Of a stretch of DNA of 64,000 bases, positions 46,628 to 55,671 are shown in pieces. A program made the position numbers and the translations under genes. The stretch's first letter is position 1, and the number at the start of each line of letters is the position of its first letter. Location: NCBI GenBank assembly GCA_964470105.1, contig CAYXZI010000002.1:8644-72643 (forward strand), written 5' to 3'. Source of the DNA: an uncultured Candidatus Saccharibacteria bacterium (GTDB lineage: Bacteria; Patescibacteriota; Minisyncoccia; Phycocordibacterales; PALSA-1337). Under the pieces are notes generated by a model. It did not search any database, was not told the DNA's origin, and saw only the letters and a program-made list of their open reading frames with translations.

Positions 46628-47146
46628 TTATTGTATCGCTAAAACTTCAATTTCAAGCATTAGGTTCCAAATATGCTGTCCTTTTGCTTGATCACCGGAG
46701 ACATCAAGTCTAACATTCTTAAGATTCGCGCTAAGTGGTAAATTCTCCAAAAGAGCTAGAGCGGTTATTACCCCGGACCAACTTCCCTTTGCGCTTATCT
46801 TGGCTTTGACCATTCCTTGTGAATTAGATATTGATGAAAGCTCTAAATCTGTTTTTGAATAGTCTCCAATACTCTCTACCTGCTCAATGAAATCAACTAC
46901 TTTGTCCCCTACTATGAAGAATGATTTTAATTTGGATCTAGACTCGGTAGTTGAATTAAATCTTTTTACCAATTCCCTCTCACTCTTTCTCCTTTCATCT
47001 TCATTTTCTACTTCCTTACTAGATAACACATAATGATCTGCCTGCATGGTAGTTTTCTTGTATATAAATACATAGACCAATAGCGAAAAGACTAGGCTAA
47101 CGATTGAAAATAGTATGAGGATGTAGTGTCTATGATTAATTTTCAT
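46628..47146 (-). CDS. pilO: PilO-like type IV pilus assembly protein
   Basis: A signal-anchor plus a periplasmic domain, positioned after the PilM/PilN-like genes. Confidence 0.4.
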   Translation of the reverse strand: MKINHRHYILILFSIVSLVFSLLVYVFIYKKTTMQADHYVLSSKEVENEDERRKSERELVKRFNSTTESRSKLKSFFIVGDKVVDFIEQVESIGDYSKTDLELSSISNSQGMVKAKISAKGSWSGVITALALLENLPLSANLKNVRLDVSGDQAKGQHIWNLMLEIEVLAIQ

Positions 47147-47703
47147 ATATTTGGAATTATAGATATCTTAATTGAATATGAAATATTCTTGCTCTTCGCT
47201 AGATCCGAAACTGGTAATTCAACATTAGAAATCATAGGGTCAGTCTCAAGCATATCCTTAAACTGAATTAGTGATTCACGAGTTGTGGATTTTCCCTGTA
47301 TTACCACAGATACAGTTGTAGTTGCTGCATTATCCATATTTGTAATAGCAAATGATGATACATTGATACCCGAGTTTTTATATCCAATTATTTTAGAAAT
47401 TAATTTTGAATATGCAGGAGTTTCCTTGTGAGACTTTATCTGCTTCATTAAATCGTTACTAACTGACAACTCTTTTAGAACATCATTAAAGCCACTTGTC
47501 TGTCTACCGTTTTGTAGCTCAGCTAATCTAGCAAGTGATATCTTTTCTTGTGAATATGAGAAATAGTATGCAGGTATTAGAGCGATAACGCCAGTTAAGA
47601 TTGAACAAGAGACAAAGAAAAGCATAAAAATTACTAACCTAATTCTATACTCTTTTTTAAGAGATCTAATTTCTTTTTCTGGTAATAGAGTGTAATGAAT
47701 CAT
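47143..47703 (-). CDS. pilN: PilN-like type IV pilus assembly protein
   Basis: A short cytoplasmic N-terminus and one transmembrane helix, positioned right after PilM. Confidence 0.45.
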   Translation of the reverse strand: MIHYTLLPEKEIRSLKKEYRIRLVIFMLFFVSCSILTGVIALIPAYYFSYSQEKISLARLAELQNGRQTSGFNDVLKELSVSNDLMKQIKSHKETPAYSKLISKIIGYKNSGINVSSFAITNMDNAATTTVSVVIQGKSTTRESLIQFKDMLETDPMISNVELPVSDLAKSKNISYSIKISIIPNI

Positions 47704-47712
47704 ATTGATATA

Positions 47713-48675
47713 TTATGGTAAGGCTAAACCAGCTGCAGTAGCGTAGTCTAGAGAATCTTCAAAAGAAATCTTCGGAATATAGTGGTTAACAGAGAAAGCA
47801 TTTCGCCAAACATCTGCTATTGATAAATTTATATTACTATCTGGTGATATATGTGATATCTGACTTATCGTAACAGCATCTCGCCCCGAAACTATAATTG
47901 ATTTTATATTTCTACCTTCGCCATACTGTTGCCAGTATGCATGAACCTTTTCAATTTCTTTCTTTAGGTTAAAAATTACATCTGGTATATCAGCCAAATT
48001 CTTTCCTCTCACAAGCTCACCTCCCCATGGAATTGTTGATGTAAAACAAATAACACCAGCCGAAACTATGTATAGTCCTGTCTTTTTATTCATCACATGG
48101 ATTATCATCACTGTATCTTTTGATTCGTGTGACACCACAGCTCTAGCTATAGCCTTTGCCTGAATTTCAAAAGATATAGTTGTTAATCCTGATTCTTTTA
48201 GAACATTTAGATAACTATTTACCAAATCTCTTGGGCTGACTGAAACACTGGCATGCAATTTACCACTACCCTCTATCTCTGGTAACTTATCAAAAAAGAA
48301 TACTGCATCTGAAGCCGGTAGAGGAACATTCTCCTCAAGTTTAAATTCTATATTTTGTCTTATCTGATCCTCATCTACACCCAGAACTTCAGTCTTAAAC
48401 AAATACATTCTCTCTTCTGGAAGAGAGGCTTTGACTATACTAATCTTTAGTTCCTTTGCTAAAGCCGATATTTCTTGTACTAGAGCTTTCTCATCTTTTA
48501 TATATCCAGAATCAATAATTCCTGGTCTAAGTGGTCTAGTACCATATTTAGATAGAGTATACCCATGATGCCCTTCTGAATATTCTATACATCTGATTGC
48601 ATCATCAGAAATATCTAATCCGGTATATGGGATATTTAAATATTTTGGTGGGGGAAATATTTTAAAGAAATTCAC
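47713..48675 (-). CDS. pilM: Type IV pilus assembly ATPase-fold protein PilM
   Basis: GLDISDDAIRCIEY... shows an actin-like fold pattern. Confidence 0.65.
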   Translation of the reverse strand: MNFFKIFPPPKYLNIPYTGLDISDDAIRCIEYSEGHHGYTLSKYGTRPLRPGIIDSGYIKDEKALVQEISALAKELKISIVKASLPEERMYLFKTEVLGVDEDQIRQNIEFKLEENVPLPASDAVFFFDKLPEIEGSGKLHASVSVSPRDLVNSYLNVLKESGLTTISFEIQAKAIARAVVSHESKDTVMIIHVMNKKTGLYIVSAGVICFTSTIPWGGELVRGKNLADIPDVIFNLKKEIEKVHAYWQQYGEGRNIKSIIVSGRDAVTISQISHISPDSNINLSIADVWRNAFSVNHYIPKISFEDSLDYATAAGLALP

Positions 48676-48682
48676 TCTTTAA

Positions 48683-49288
48683 TTATACCACCTTTTGTTT
48701 TTGTTTAAAGAATTCATACACAGCAGGGATAAATGAGATGACTATAATTACTATAATTATAAGTGAGAGGTACTTTTCTGCATTAGGAATTATATTACCT
48801 AGTATATATCCTGTACCCAGCATCCCCCATGTCCAAACAAAACCTCCGATAATATTGAACCTGAAGAAAGTCTTATACTCCATGCCCGCTACTCCAGCAA
48901 CTATTGGCACAAAAGTTCTTATAATTGGTATGAATCTAGCGAGAAATATAGTTTTTTTACCATATTTATTATAAAAATCTTGAGCTCTATTTATATGTTT
49001 TTTATGAAAGAAGAGTGAGTCTTCTTTATTGAAAATCATTGGACCCACCTTCTTACCAAAGAAATATCCAACATTATCACCAATTACGGCAGCAATGAAA
49101 CAGAGTATGAGAAGCCAGGTAATAGATATCAAACCTTGTGAGGCCAGGAAGCCTGCTGTAAAAAGAAGTGAATCACCAGGTAGAAAAAAACCGAAGAAGA
49201 GTCCAGATTCAGCAAACACTATTGCAACCACACCAATCAAACCAAGTGTTTTAATTATAATCAATGGATCAAGTAGTGTATGCAACAT
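48683..49288 (-). CDS. DedA-family membrane protein
   Basis: VAIVFAESGLFFGFFLPGDSLLF. Confidence 0.8.
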   Translation of the reverse strand: MLHTLLDPLIIIKTLGLIGVVAIVFAESGLFFGFFLPGDSLLFTAGFLASQGLISITWLLILCFIAAVIGDNVGYFFGKKVGPMIFNKEDSLFFHKKHINRAQDFYNKYGKKTIFLARFIPIIRTFVPIVAGVAGMEYKTFFRFNIIGGFVWTWGMLGTGYILGNIIPNAEKYLSLIIIVIIVISFIPAVYEFFKQKQKVV

Positions 49289-49665
49289 TATTTTGCTTTA
49301 GTACCAACTGGAATACTTGAGTTTGGTTCTAATAGTGAGAAATTACCTTCATTTGTAGATAGAGCGAATAGCATACCATTACTTTCATGTCCTTTTATCA
49401 TCCTTGGTTCAAGATTTGTTACAAACATACACACCTTCCCTATCAATGTACTTGGTTCTGGAAAGTACATTGATATACCAGATACAATCTGTCTTGGTTT
49501 ATCTTCTCCAAAATCAACTGATAACTTTAGTAACTTATCTGTATCAGGAATCTTTTCGGCTGAAAGTATTTTGCCTGCTTTTATCTCAACCTTGGCAAAA
49601 TCATCATATGAGATCTTGGGATTTACACTAGGTACTGGCACGACTGGTTGTTGATTTTCATTCAT
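49288..49665 (-). CDS. Stand-alone tRNA-binding domain protein (CsaA/Trbp111-like)
   Basis: DFAKVEIKAGKILSAEKIPDTDKLLKLSVDFGE.KPRQIVSGI...VTNLEPRMIKGHESNGML. Confidence 0.75.
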   Translation of the reverse strand: MNENQQPVVPVPSVNPKISYDDFAKVEIKAGKILSAEKIPDTDKLLKLSVDFGEDKPRQIVSGISMYFPEPSTLIGKVCMFVTNLEPRMIKGHESNGMLFALSTNEGNFSLLEPNSSIPVGTKAK

Positions 49666-49674
49666 AATTTTATA

Positions 49675-50061
49675 TTACCTCTTTGAATTAGCTTTATCAA
49701 GAAAACTTTGTAGTATTAAAGCTGCTGCTGAAGCATCGAGCATATCATTCTTCCCCTGAAATCTTTCTGCATTCACACTAGTCATAAACTCTGGTTCAAA
49801 GTGAACATTGTATCCCTGAGCCTCCAAATCCATCTTAAAATTCTTACTTTCTGGAAGAATCGTATTTGCTTCTCCCTTATAGTTTTTTGATTCACCTAAA
49901 ACTATTTCTGATATACCCTTATCTTTTAGTATTTTTACAACATCATTTAATATATTTTTTGAATTATTTAATACAATCAAAGGCATAGCGAACTCAGCAT
50001 TCTCATCAGAAAGTGCTAGACCTACCCTCTTTGATCCGTAGTCAATTCCAAGATATCTCAT
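49675..50061 (-). CDS. ruvX: Holliday-junction resolvase-like YqgF/RuvX
   Basis: MRYLGIDYGSKRVGLALSD. Confidence 0.85.
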   Translation of the reverse strand: MRYLGIDYGSKRVGLALSDENAEFAMPLIVLNNSKNILNDVVKILKDKGISEIVLGESKNYKGEANTILPESKNFKMDLEAQGYNVHFEPEFMTSVNAERFQGKNDMLDASAAALILQSFLDKANSKR

Positions 50062-50106
50062 AGGACATGATTGTAGCTTAAATACATAAATGTTAAAATA
50101 GGATGT

Positions 50107-51126
50107 ATGATTGAGCTGTCTAAATACAAAGATACAGATAGAGTTATTTTCCCCTTAAATAAACAGAGGGAGTTTTTTATAGATGTTAAAAATAGGACCG
50201 GGGTCAGTTGGGTAGATTTTTCCAAGATGTTGAATATACAACCACGGATACTTTTGAATTATAGAAATGAAAAATACTCTATAACATTTAAGATACTGAG
50301 AATGATCATTAACAATCTAAAAGTAAAATTACCGAAAGGAATACGCATTGAGGATCAATTTTGGCATAACAAAACCGCAGGAAAACTAGGTGGCGAAGCA
50401 GTTATGAGGAAATATGGAAAAGTTGGTGGTAGTGAAAAGTATAGAAAAGAACAGTGGAAAAAATGGTGGGAACTAAATGGTAAAAGGAATCCGAGTCTCA
50501 TAACTACAAGGAGGAAAGTGAAATTACCACCATATTCATCCTCTCTTGCAGAACTATTTGGGATCTTGATTGGAGATGGGGGTATCACTAAATACCAGAT
50601 GATAATTACATTGAATGGAGAGACGGATAAAGATTATTCTAAATTTATTATACTTTTATTAAAAAAGTTATTTAATGAGAATCCTAAAATATATAAAATT
50701 AAGGATACCAAAGCTATTAGTGTAGTTATTTCAAGAAGTAGCCTGGTAGATTTTTTAGTAAAAAATGGTTTAAAAATTGGCCACAAGATAAATCAGAATG
50801 TATCGATACCAGAATGGATCATGGAATCAAAAAAATATAGAATATCATGTCTACGTGGCCTAGTTGATACTGATGGGTGTGTAGTTCATGAGACACACAA
50901 TATTCGAAATAAAACATACATGTATCCTCGCCTAAATTTCACAAGCGCTTCACCTAATTTAGTTCAACAGGTTATCTCTATATTTTCAGATCTAGGCTTT
51001 AAAACAAAACTCCGAAGAGGTGGCAGATCAGTACAACTTGAAAATCTAAGAGAAATATGCCAATATTTCAACATTGTTGGTTCCAGCAATCCTAAGCACT
51101 TAAGAAGGATTGATAGATGGTACTAA
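50107..51126 (+). CDS. Free-standing double-motif LAGLIDADG homing endonuclease with an N-terminal extension of about 150 aa
   Basis: Two LAGLIDADG motifs: LAELFGILIGDGG and LRGLVDTDGCV. Confidence 0.72.
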   Translation: MIELSKYKDTDRVIFPLNKQREFFIDVKNRTGVSWVDFSKMLNIQPRILLNYRNEKYSITFKILRMIINNLKVKLPKGIRIEDQFWHNKTAGKLGGEAVMRKYGKVGGSEKYRKEQWKKWWELNGKRNPSLITTRRKVKLPPYSSSLAELFGILIGDGGITKYQMIITLNGETDKDYSKFIILLLKKLFNENPKIYKIKDTKAISVVISRSSLVDFLVKNGLKIGHKINQNVSIPEWIMESKKYRISCLRGLVDTDGCVVHETHNIRNKTYMYPRLNFTSASPNLVQQVISIFSDLGFKTKLRRGGRSVQLENLREICQYFNIVGSSNPKHLRRIDRWY

Positions 51127-51135
51127 TAGAATGAT

Positions 51136-51223
51136 GGAAGCGTGGCTCGAGTGGTTGAAGGCACCGCTCTTGAAAAGCGGAACCCGGGCAACTGGGTCGT
51201 GAGTTCGAATCTCACCGCTTCCG
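51136..51223 (+). tRNA. tRNA-Ser (anticodon UGA)
   Basis: Acceptor GGAAGCG/CGCUUCC. Anticodon stem-loop CCGCU-CUUGAAA-AGCGG. Long variable arm. T-loop UUCGAAU. Confidence 0.9.
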
Positions 51224-51235
51224 CAGAAAATAAAC

Positions 51236-51514
51236 ATGGAAAAAATATCAAGAACAGGTTTGTTTTTATCAGGCGCATATATCATTGTACTTATCTTTTT
51301 GGGTCTTTGGTATTTAACTTGTAAGGCTGATTCTTGCGCTATAGGTATAGGAATTTCACTTGTCTTATTAAGTTTTCCATTTGGATTTTTACTAAAATCA
51401 TTGTTTTTAGGTTATGTAGTAAATACTTCACTCCTATATTTTTTAGGTAAATTATTAGGAAAAATTCATACTCGCTTTCTTGTTAATTCAAATTCTTTTA
51501 AACTAACAAAATAG
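51236..51514 (+). CDS. Small hypothetical membrane protein
   Basis: 92 aa with 2-3 predicted transmembrane helices. Confidence 0.3.
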   Translation: MEKISRTGLFLSGAYIIVLIFLGLWYLTCKADSCAIGIGISLVLLSFPFGFLLKSLFLGYVVNTSLLYFLGKLLGKIHTRFLVNSNSFKLTK

Positions 51515-51600
51515 ATTCGCTATAATAAGGAATTGAAAAGTATTGTTTCCTATCTACCAATAAACTGATTCCAACAGCGTACCAAACTGCCAGCAAAAAT

Positions 51601-52320
51601 TTATTTATTTAATATTTGCCTAGTAACTGGTCCAAAATACCCTACTGCTGGCACTATTCCATTTGCCTCTTGATATTCAGCGAGAGCTTTTCTTGTGAGT
51701 TGTCCGAAGAAACCCTTAGCAGTGCCTTGAGGTATTTTGAGATATCCTAAAGATTCCAGTTTGGTTTGAAGTTCAATAACATCTTCTCCTGAATAACCGA
51801 CTGTTAGATTTCTATTAAACTTAAAAGTTACTGGTGTAGGAGTAACTACTGTCGTTTCTATTGGATCATATCCTTTTCCTAACTCTTTTAAGATTTTCTT
51901 ATCAACAGTACTAATATCTGAAAAACCCACATTAAAAATATTTCCCATACCAGTTCCATAAACAATGATATCCTTACCATTAATCTTCTCACCGAAAACT
52001 GGTCCACACGAAAACCCTGGAATGTTGCTGCTTTTAATTGTTATATTCTTTCCCACATTCCCTTTCCAATATGTTTTTATATTTAACTTTGCAGTGTTAT
52101 CTATAGCCAGGTCACCGTTACTATTAGTTGAAGTTGCGGATATAAATTCTACTACTGTTCCCCTAGCGACAATAGTTGAGGAAGCAAACGATTCTTCTGG
52201 CGTTCTAATTATTGGAGAACAAGCATTTACAAATTGAGTTTCTAGGATAAACATTTGAACCAGAACTATTAACAATATACTTACTAAAATTAGTTTTTTC
52301 ATATTTCTATTTAACCACAA
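51601..52320 (-). CDS. Secreted protein with a C-terminal PG_binding_1 domain
   Basis: A signal peptide and the C-terminus GEDVIELQTKLESLGYL...FGQLTRKALAEYQEANGI. Confidence 0.6.
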   Translation of the reverse strand: MWLNRNMKKLILVSILLIVLVQMFILETQFVNACSPIIRTPEESFASSTIVARGTVVEFISATSTNSNGDLAIDNTAKLNIKTYWKGNVGKNITIKSSNIPGFSCGPVFGEKINGKDIIVYGTGMGNIFNVGFSDISTVDKKILKELGKGYDPIETTVVTPTPVTFKFNRNLTVGYSGEDVIELQTKLESLGYLKIPQGTAKGFFGQLTRKALAEYQEANGIVPAVGYFGPVTRQILNK

Positions 52321-52429
52321 ATATTAAGATTATGGAATACAGATAGATTTACCTTATTCTCTGTCTAATCAACAGTCCTAAAAGGACCTAACCAATCCTG
52401 CAGATTAATTTTAATGTTATAATTTCTTC

Positions 52430-52960
52430 ATGAGAGTTATCATTGGTTCTATAAGTCCCGTAAAAGAAGAGGCTGTAAAACGAGGATTTAAAACCCTGTT
52501 TCCTGAGGTTAATTTTGTATTTGAATGCGTTAAAGCTAGCTCGGGAATTAGCGATCAGCCGATGTCGAATGATGAGATAAGAAGTGGTGCACTTGGTAGG
52601 ATTAAACACGCAAGAGAACTTTCACCGGAGGGAGATTTTTATGTTGGACTTGAAGGAGGGACTGAGGAAATGTACGGGGATTTGTATAATTATGGTTGGG
52701 TTATTATTGAATCTAAAAATAATAAACAAGGGTATGGAAGAACATTCAGCTTTGCTCTTCCTCCTGCTATAAGAAATTTAATCATTCACGAAGGAATGGA
52801 GCAGAGTCATGCAACTGATAAGGTTCTGCAGAAGTCAGGGACCAAAACAGGTACAGGCACTATTGGTCCCCTTACAAATGACACACTTACATACACTGAT
52901 TGGTATACCCCAGCTGTCATTGGAGCATTAGTTCCTTTCTTGAAAGAAGATTTATACTAG
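52430..52960 (+). CDS. YjjX-like inosine/xanthosine triphosphatase
   Basis: SISPVKEEAV...SGISDQPMSNDEIRSGALGRIKHAREL..DFYVGLEGG aligns with the E. coli YjjX blocks. Confidence 0.72.
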   Translation: MRVIIGSISPVKEEAVKRGFKTLFPEVNFVFECVKASSGISDQPMSNDEIRSGALGRIKHARELSPEGDFYVGLEGGTEEMYGDLYNYGWVIIESKNNKQGYGRTFSFALPPAIRNLIIHEGMEQSHATDKVLQKSGTKTGTGTIGPLTNDTLTYTDWYTPAVIGALVPFLKEDLY

Positions 52961-52984
52961 ATAAAGTTTAGAATTAAACAAGAT

Positions 52985-53503
52985 ATGGAAGAACTTGAAT
53001 TAACATACCTAGTAAAAAAGTTACCTGAGGGCGCTCTATCATCGCCATCAAAGGAGCTAATTGATATTTATATACCAACCGAATCAAATCATCCTGTATT
53101 ACGTATTAGAAAAGCAGGCAATAAATATGAAATTACAAAAAAGCAACCTATTAAAAATGGAGACGCTTCTCGACAACTTGAAACTACAATTCCACTAACG
53201 GAAGCCGAATTCAGAGAATTAAGTACTCTTAAAGGAAAACGGGTAAATAAAACACGCTTTTATTACAAAGAAAATGAGGTGACATATGAAATTGATGTAT
53301 TCCGTGGTGCTCTTTCTGGTCTAATCCTAGCTGACGTAGAGTTTAACTCAATTAAAGAGAAGTCAGATTTTGTAATGCCTTCATGGTGTTTGATTGATGT
53401 GACCCAAGAAGAGTTTATTGCGGGAGGTATGATTTGCGGAAAATCGTATAGTGATATTTCTGATAATCTTAAGAAATTTAAATATAAACAGATAATAGTC
53501 TAG
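52985..53503 (+). CDS. CYTH-domain (triphosphate-tunnel metalloenzyme / CyaB-like) protein
   Basis: An ExExK-like N-terminal strand EELELTYLVKK and the beta-barrel pattern. Confidence 0.6.
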   Translation: MEELELTYLVKKLPEGALSSPSKELIDIYIPTESNHPVLRIRKAGNKYEITKKQPIKNGDASRQLETTIPLTEAEFRELSTLKGKRVNKTRFYYKENEVTYEIDVFRGALSGLILADVEFNSIKEKSDFVMPSWCLIDVTQEEFIAGGMICGKSYSDISDNLKKFKYKQIIV

Positions 53504-53516
53504 TGGGACAAGCCTA

Positions 53517-53981
53517 GTGATTATTTTACATGCTATAATTAATAACATGTTAAAAGAAAAATATTTAATTTCATCTTTACGATTATCAATAGGTTTTATA
53601 TTTATTTGGGCATTTTTAGATAAAACATTTGGTTTAGGATTTGCTACAACATCAGCAAAAGCATGGATAAATGGTGGATCACCTACAACTGGCTTTCTAT
53701 CATTTGCCGTTAAAGGTCCTTTCGCTGATATATTTCATAGTCTAGCTGGAGTAGCACTTGTAGATTGGTTGTTTATGCTAGGATTACTATTTGTTGGTGT
53801 CACACTACTTACAAAGAAATTAGTGGAGTATGGATGTATGGCTGGTATATTGATGCTTTTACTCATGTACCTTGCCCTAGTTTTACCTGAGAATAATCCG
53901 ATAGTTGATGAGCATATCGTCTACATAATAGTTCTATTGCTAGTTGCAATAAAAAGTGAGGACAAAATAAATACTGTTTAG
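53517..53981 (+). CDS. DoxX-like membrane protein
   Basis: 4 predicted transmembrane helices, including LRLSIGFIFIWAFLDK. Confidence 0.45.
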   Translation: MIILHAIINNMLKEKYLISSLRLSIGFIFIWAFLDKTFGLGFATTSAKAWINGGSPTTGFLSFAVKGPFADIFHSLAGVALVDWLFMLGLLFVGVTLLTKKLVEYGCMAGILMLLLMYLALVLPENNPIVDEHIVYIIVLLLVAIKSEDKINTV

Positions 53982-54016
53982 TATTAACGTATTTCTACTA
54001 TGCTATAATAATATCC

Positions 54017-54475
54017 ATGAAACCGCTCATCTCATGGGATGCACCCGAACATGTTCACACAGAGAAAAATAATGACTGGTATTGGGCAATTGGTATTATA
54101 ACCATAACTATTGCTGCGCTATCAATTATATTTAATAATATTATTTTTGCTCTTTTTATTATAGTTGCTGCCTTTGCCCTAGTTGTTCATGCATCAAAAA
54201 AACCTAGAATGGTTCATTATGAAATTAATGATCGTGGGGTTGTTGTGAATGATACCCTCTACCCTTTTCTCACCCTGGATTCATTCTGGATTGAAGCCAA
54301 TGCAAATCCTGCAAAATTAATCATTAAGTCCCATAAAACTTTCATGCCTTTTCTTATGATATATATTGAGGAGGTTGATCCTGAGCAAGTTCGTGATATC
54401 TTGCTTAACTACATTTCTGAAACTGAGCACCATGAACCAATTTCACAGAAAATATTTGAAATGTTTGGTTTCTAA
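54017..54475 (+). CDS. Hypothetical membrane protein
   Basis: 152 aa with 2 predicted transmembrane helices. Confidence 0.35.
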   Translation: MKPLISWDAPEHVHTEKNNDWYWAIGIITITIAALSIIFNNIIFALFIIVAAFALVVHASKKPRMVHYEINDRGVVVNDTLYPFLTLDSFWIEANANPAKLIIKSHKTFMPFLMIYIEEVDPEQVRDILLNYISETEHHEPISQKIFEMFGF

Positions 54476-54519
54476 AGAAAACATGTTAGTCTATTAATCA
54501 TCACATATATTGATGATAT

Positions 54520-54591
54520 GCCCTTGTCGTTCAATGGATAGGACACAACTTTGCGGAAGTTGTGATGTAGGTTCGATTCCTACCAGGGGCA
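54520..54591 (+). tRNA. tRNA-Arg (anticodon read as GCG)
   Basis: Acceptor GCCCUUG/CAGGGGC. Anticodon stem-loop CAACU-UUGCGGA-AGUUG. T-arm GUAGG-UUCGAUU-CCUAC. Confidence 0.72.
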
Positions 54592-54727
54592 CAAAAAAGT
54601 AAGCCCAGTATCCTTGCGGATCCTGAGCCCCCTGTGATCGGTATGGCTACCAATCGGTAGGCCACACAGCTGTGTCGTTCTCCCCAGAGAGTCCACTGCA
54701 TGCATGACTTGCCGTGATAATACCAAA
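54592..54727 (+). ncRNA. GC-rich structured segment between tRNA-Arg and a terminator; candidate small RNA of unknown family
   Basis: About 135 nt at roughly 55% GC with no ORF. Nested helices: CUGUG...CACAG enclosing GGCUACC-AAUC-GGUAGGCC. Confidence 0.2.
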
Positions 54728-54759
54728 CAAAAAAGACCTGTCAAGGTCTATTTGTTTTT
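54727..54759. terminator. Bidirectional intrinsic terminator
   Basis: aaaaaa-agacct-gtca-aggtct-atttgttttt. Confidence 0.6.
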
Positions 54760-54761
54760 AT

Positions 54762-55025
54762 TTATCCTAGCTTCTTTGCTGCTGCCATTATTCTAGACTT
54801 GTACCTAGCAGCTGTATTTTTCTTAATATACTTTCTTTTTGCTGCTTTATCTAGGGCTTTGTAAAGAGTTGGGATTAATTCTTTAGCCTCCTTTGCCTTT
54901 TTCTCAACTATTAATTTTCTAAACTTCTTTAGAGGAACGTCGATAGCAGCCTTAGTACGTAGGTTGAATACTCTTTTCTTCTCCCCTGCTCTTAATGCCT
55001 TTTTTGCTGATGAAGTAATTGCCAT
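54762..55025 (-). CDS. rpsT: 30S ribosomal protein S20
   Basis: MAITSSAKKALRAGEKKRVFNLRTKAA... The likely start is the internal Met; the track ORF extends to 55070. Confidence 0.85.
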   Translation of the reverse strand: MAITSSAKKALRAGEKKRVFNLRTKAAIDVPLKKFRKLIVEKKAKEAKELIPTLYKALDKAAKRKYIKKNTAARYKSRIMAAAKKLG

Positions 55026-55091
55026 ATATGTTTGTACAACAAAACTAACATATACCTTTAAAAAATACAAGGTTCAGGCTATGATAGATGC

Positions 55092-55670
55092 ATGATATCG
55101 AGATTAACAGGCACAATTGCTCATATAGACCCTAAGTACGTAGTTTTAGACGTTAGTGGTGTTGGATACAAGATATATACCACTGTGGATATTATGATGA
55201 AATTAGGTAAGGAGAAGGAAGAAACTACCCTTTGGACATATCTAGCGGTTAGAGAGAATGCTCTGGACCTATATGGCTTTTCTTCAATCCAGGAGCTAAA
55301 CTTTTTTGAACTCTTGATTACAATATCTGGTATTGGCCCCAAAACAGCTCTGGGTATACTTAATTCTGCATCAGTGGAAGCACTACAAACTGCTGTACAG
55401 ACAGATGATACCTCTAGTTTAATTAAAGTATCAGGAATTGGTAAGAAGGTGGCTGAGAAAATAGTTATGGAACTGAAAGACAAAGTTGATAAGTTTACAC
55501 ACACAGAAGAAGCGAAGTCTTCTATGCGTGGTGATGCTGATGCACTTGAAGCACTCAAATCTCTTGGATACAGCCAGAATGAAGCAAGGGATGCATTGAA
55601 AGAATTACCTAAGGATATAACAAAGACAAATGAGAAAGTTCGAGAAGCACTTAAGATTTTAGGAAAATAG
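55092..55670 (+). CDS. ruvA: Holliday junction DNA helicase subunit RuvA
   Basis: MISRLTGTI..VVLDVSGVGYKIY, an HhH pair GIGPKTALGIL / VSGIGKKVAEKI, and domain III. Confidence 0.9.
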   Translation: MISRLTGTIAHIDPKYVVLDVSGVGYKIYTTVDIMMKLGKEKEETTLWTYLAVRENALDLYGFSSIQELNFFELLITISGIGPKTALGILNSASVEALQTAVQTDDTSSLIKVSGIGKKVAEKIVMELKDKVDKFTHTEEAKSSMRGDADALEALKSLGYSQNEARDALKELPKDITKTNEKVREALKILGK

Positions 55671-55671
55671 T

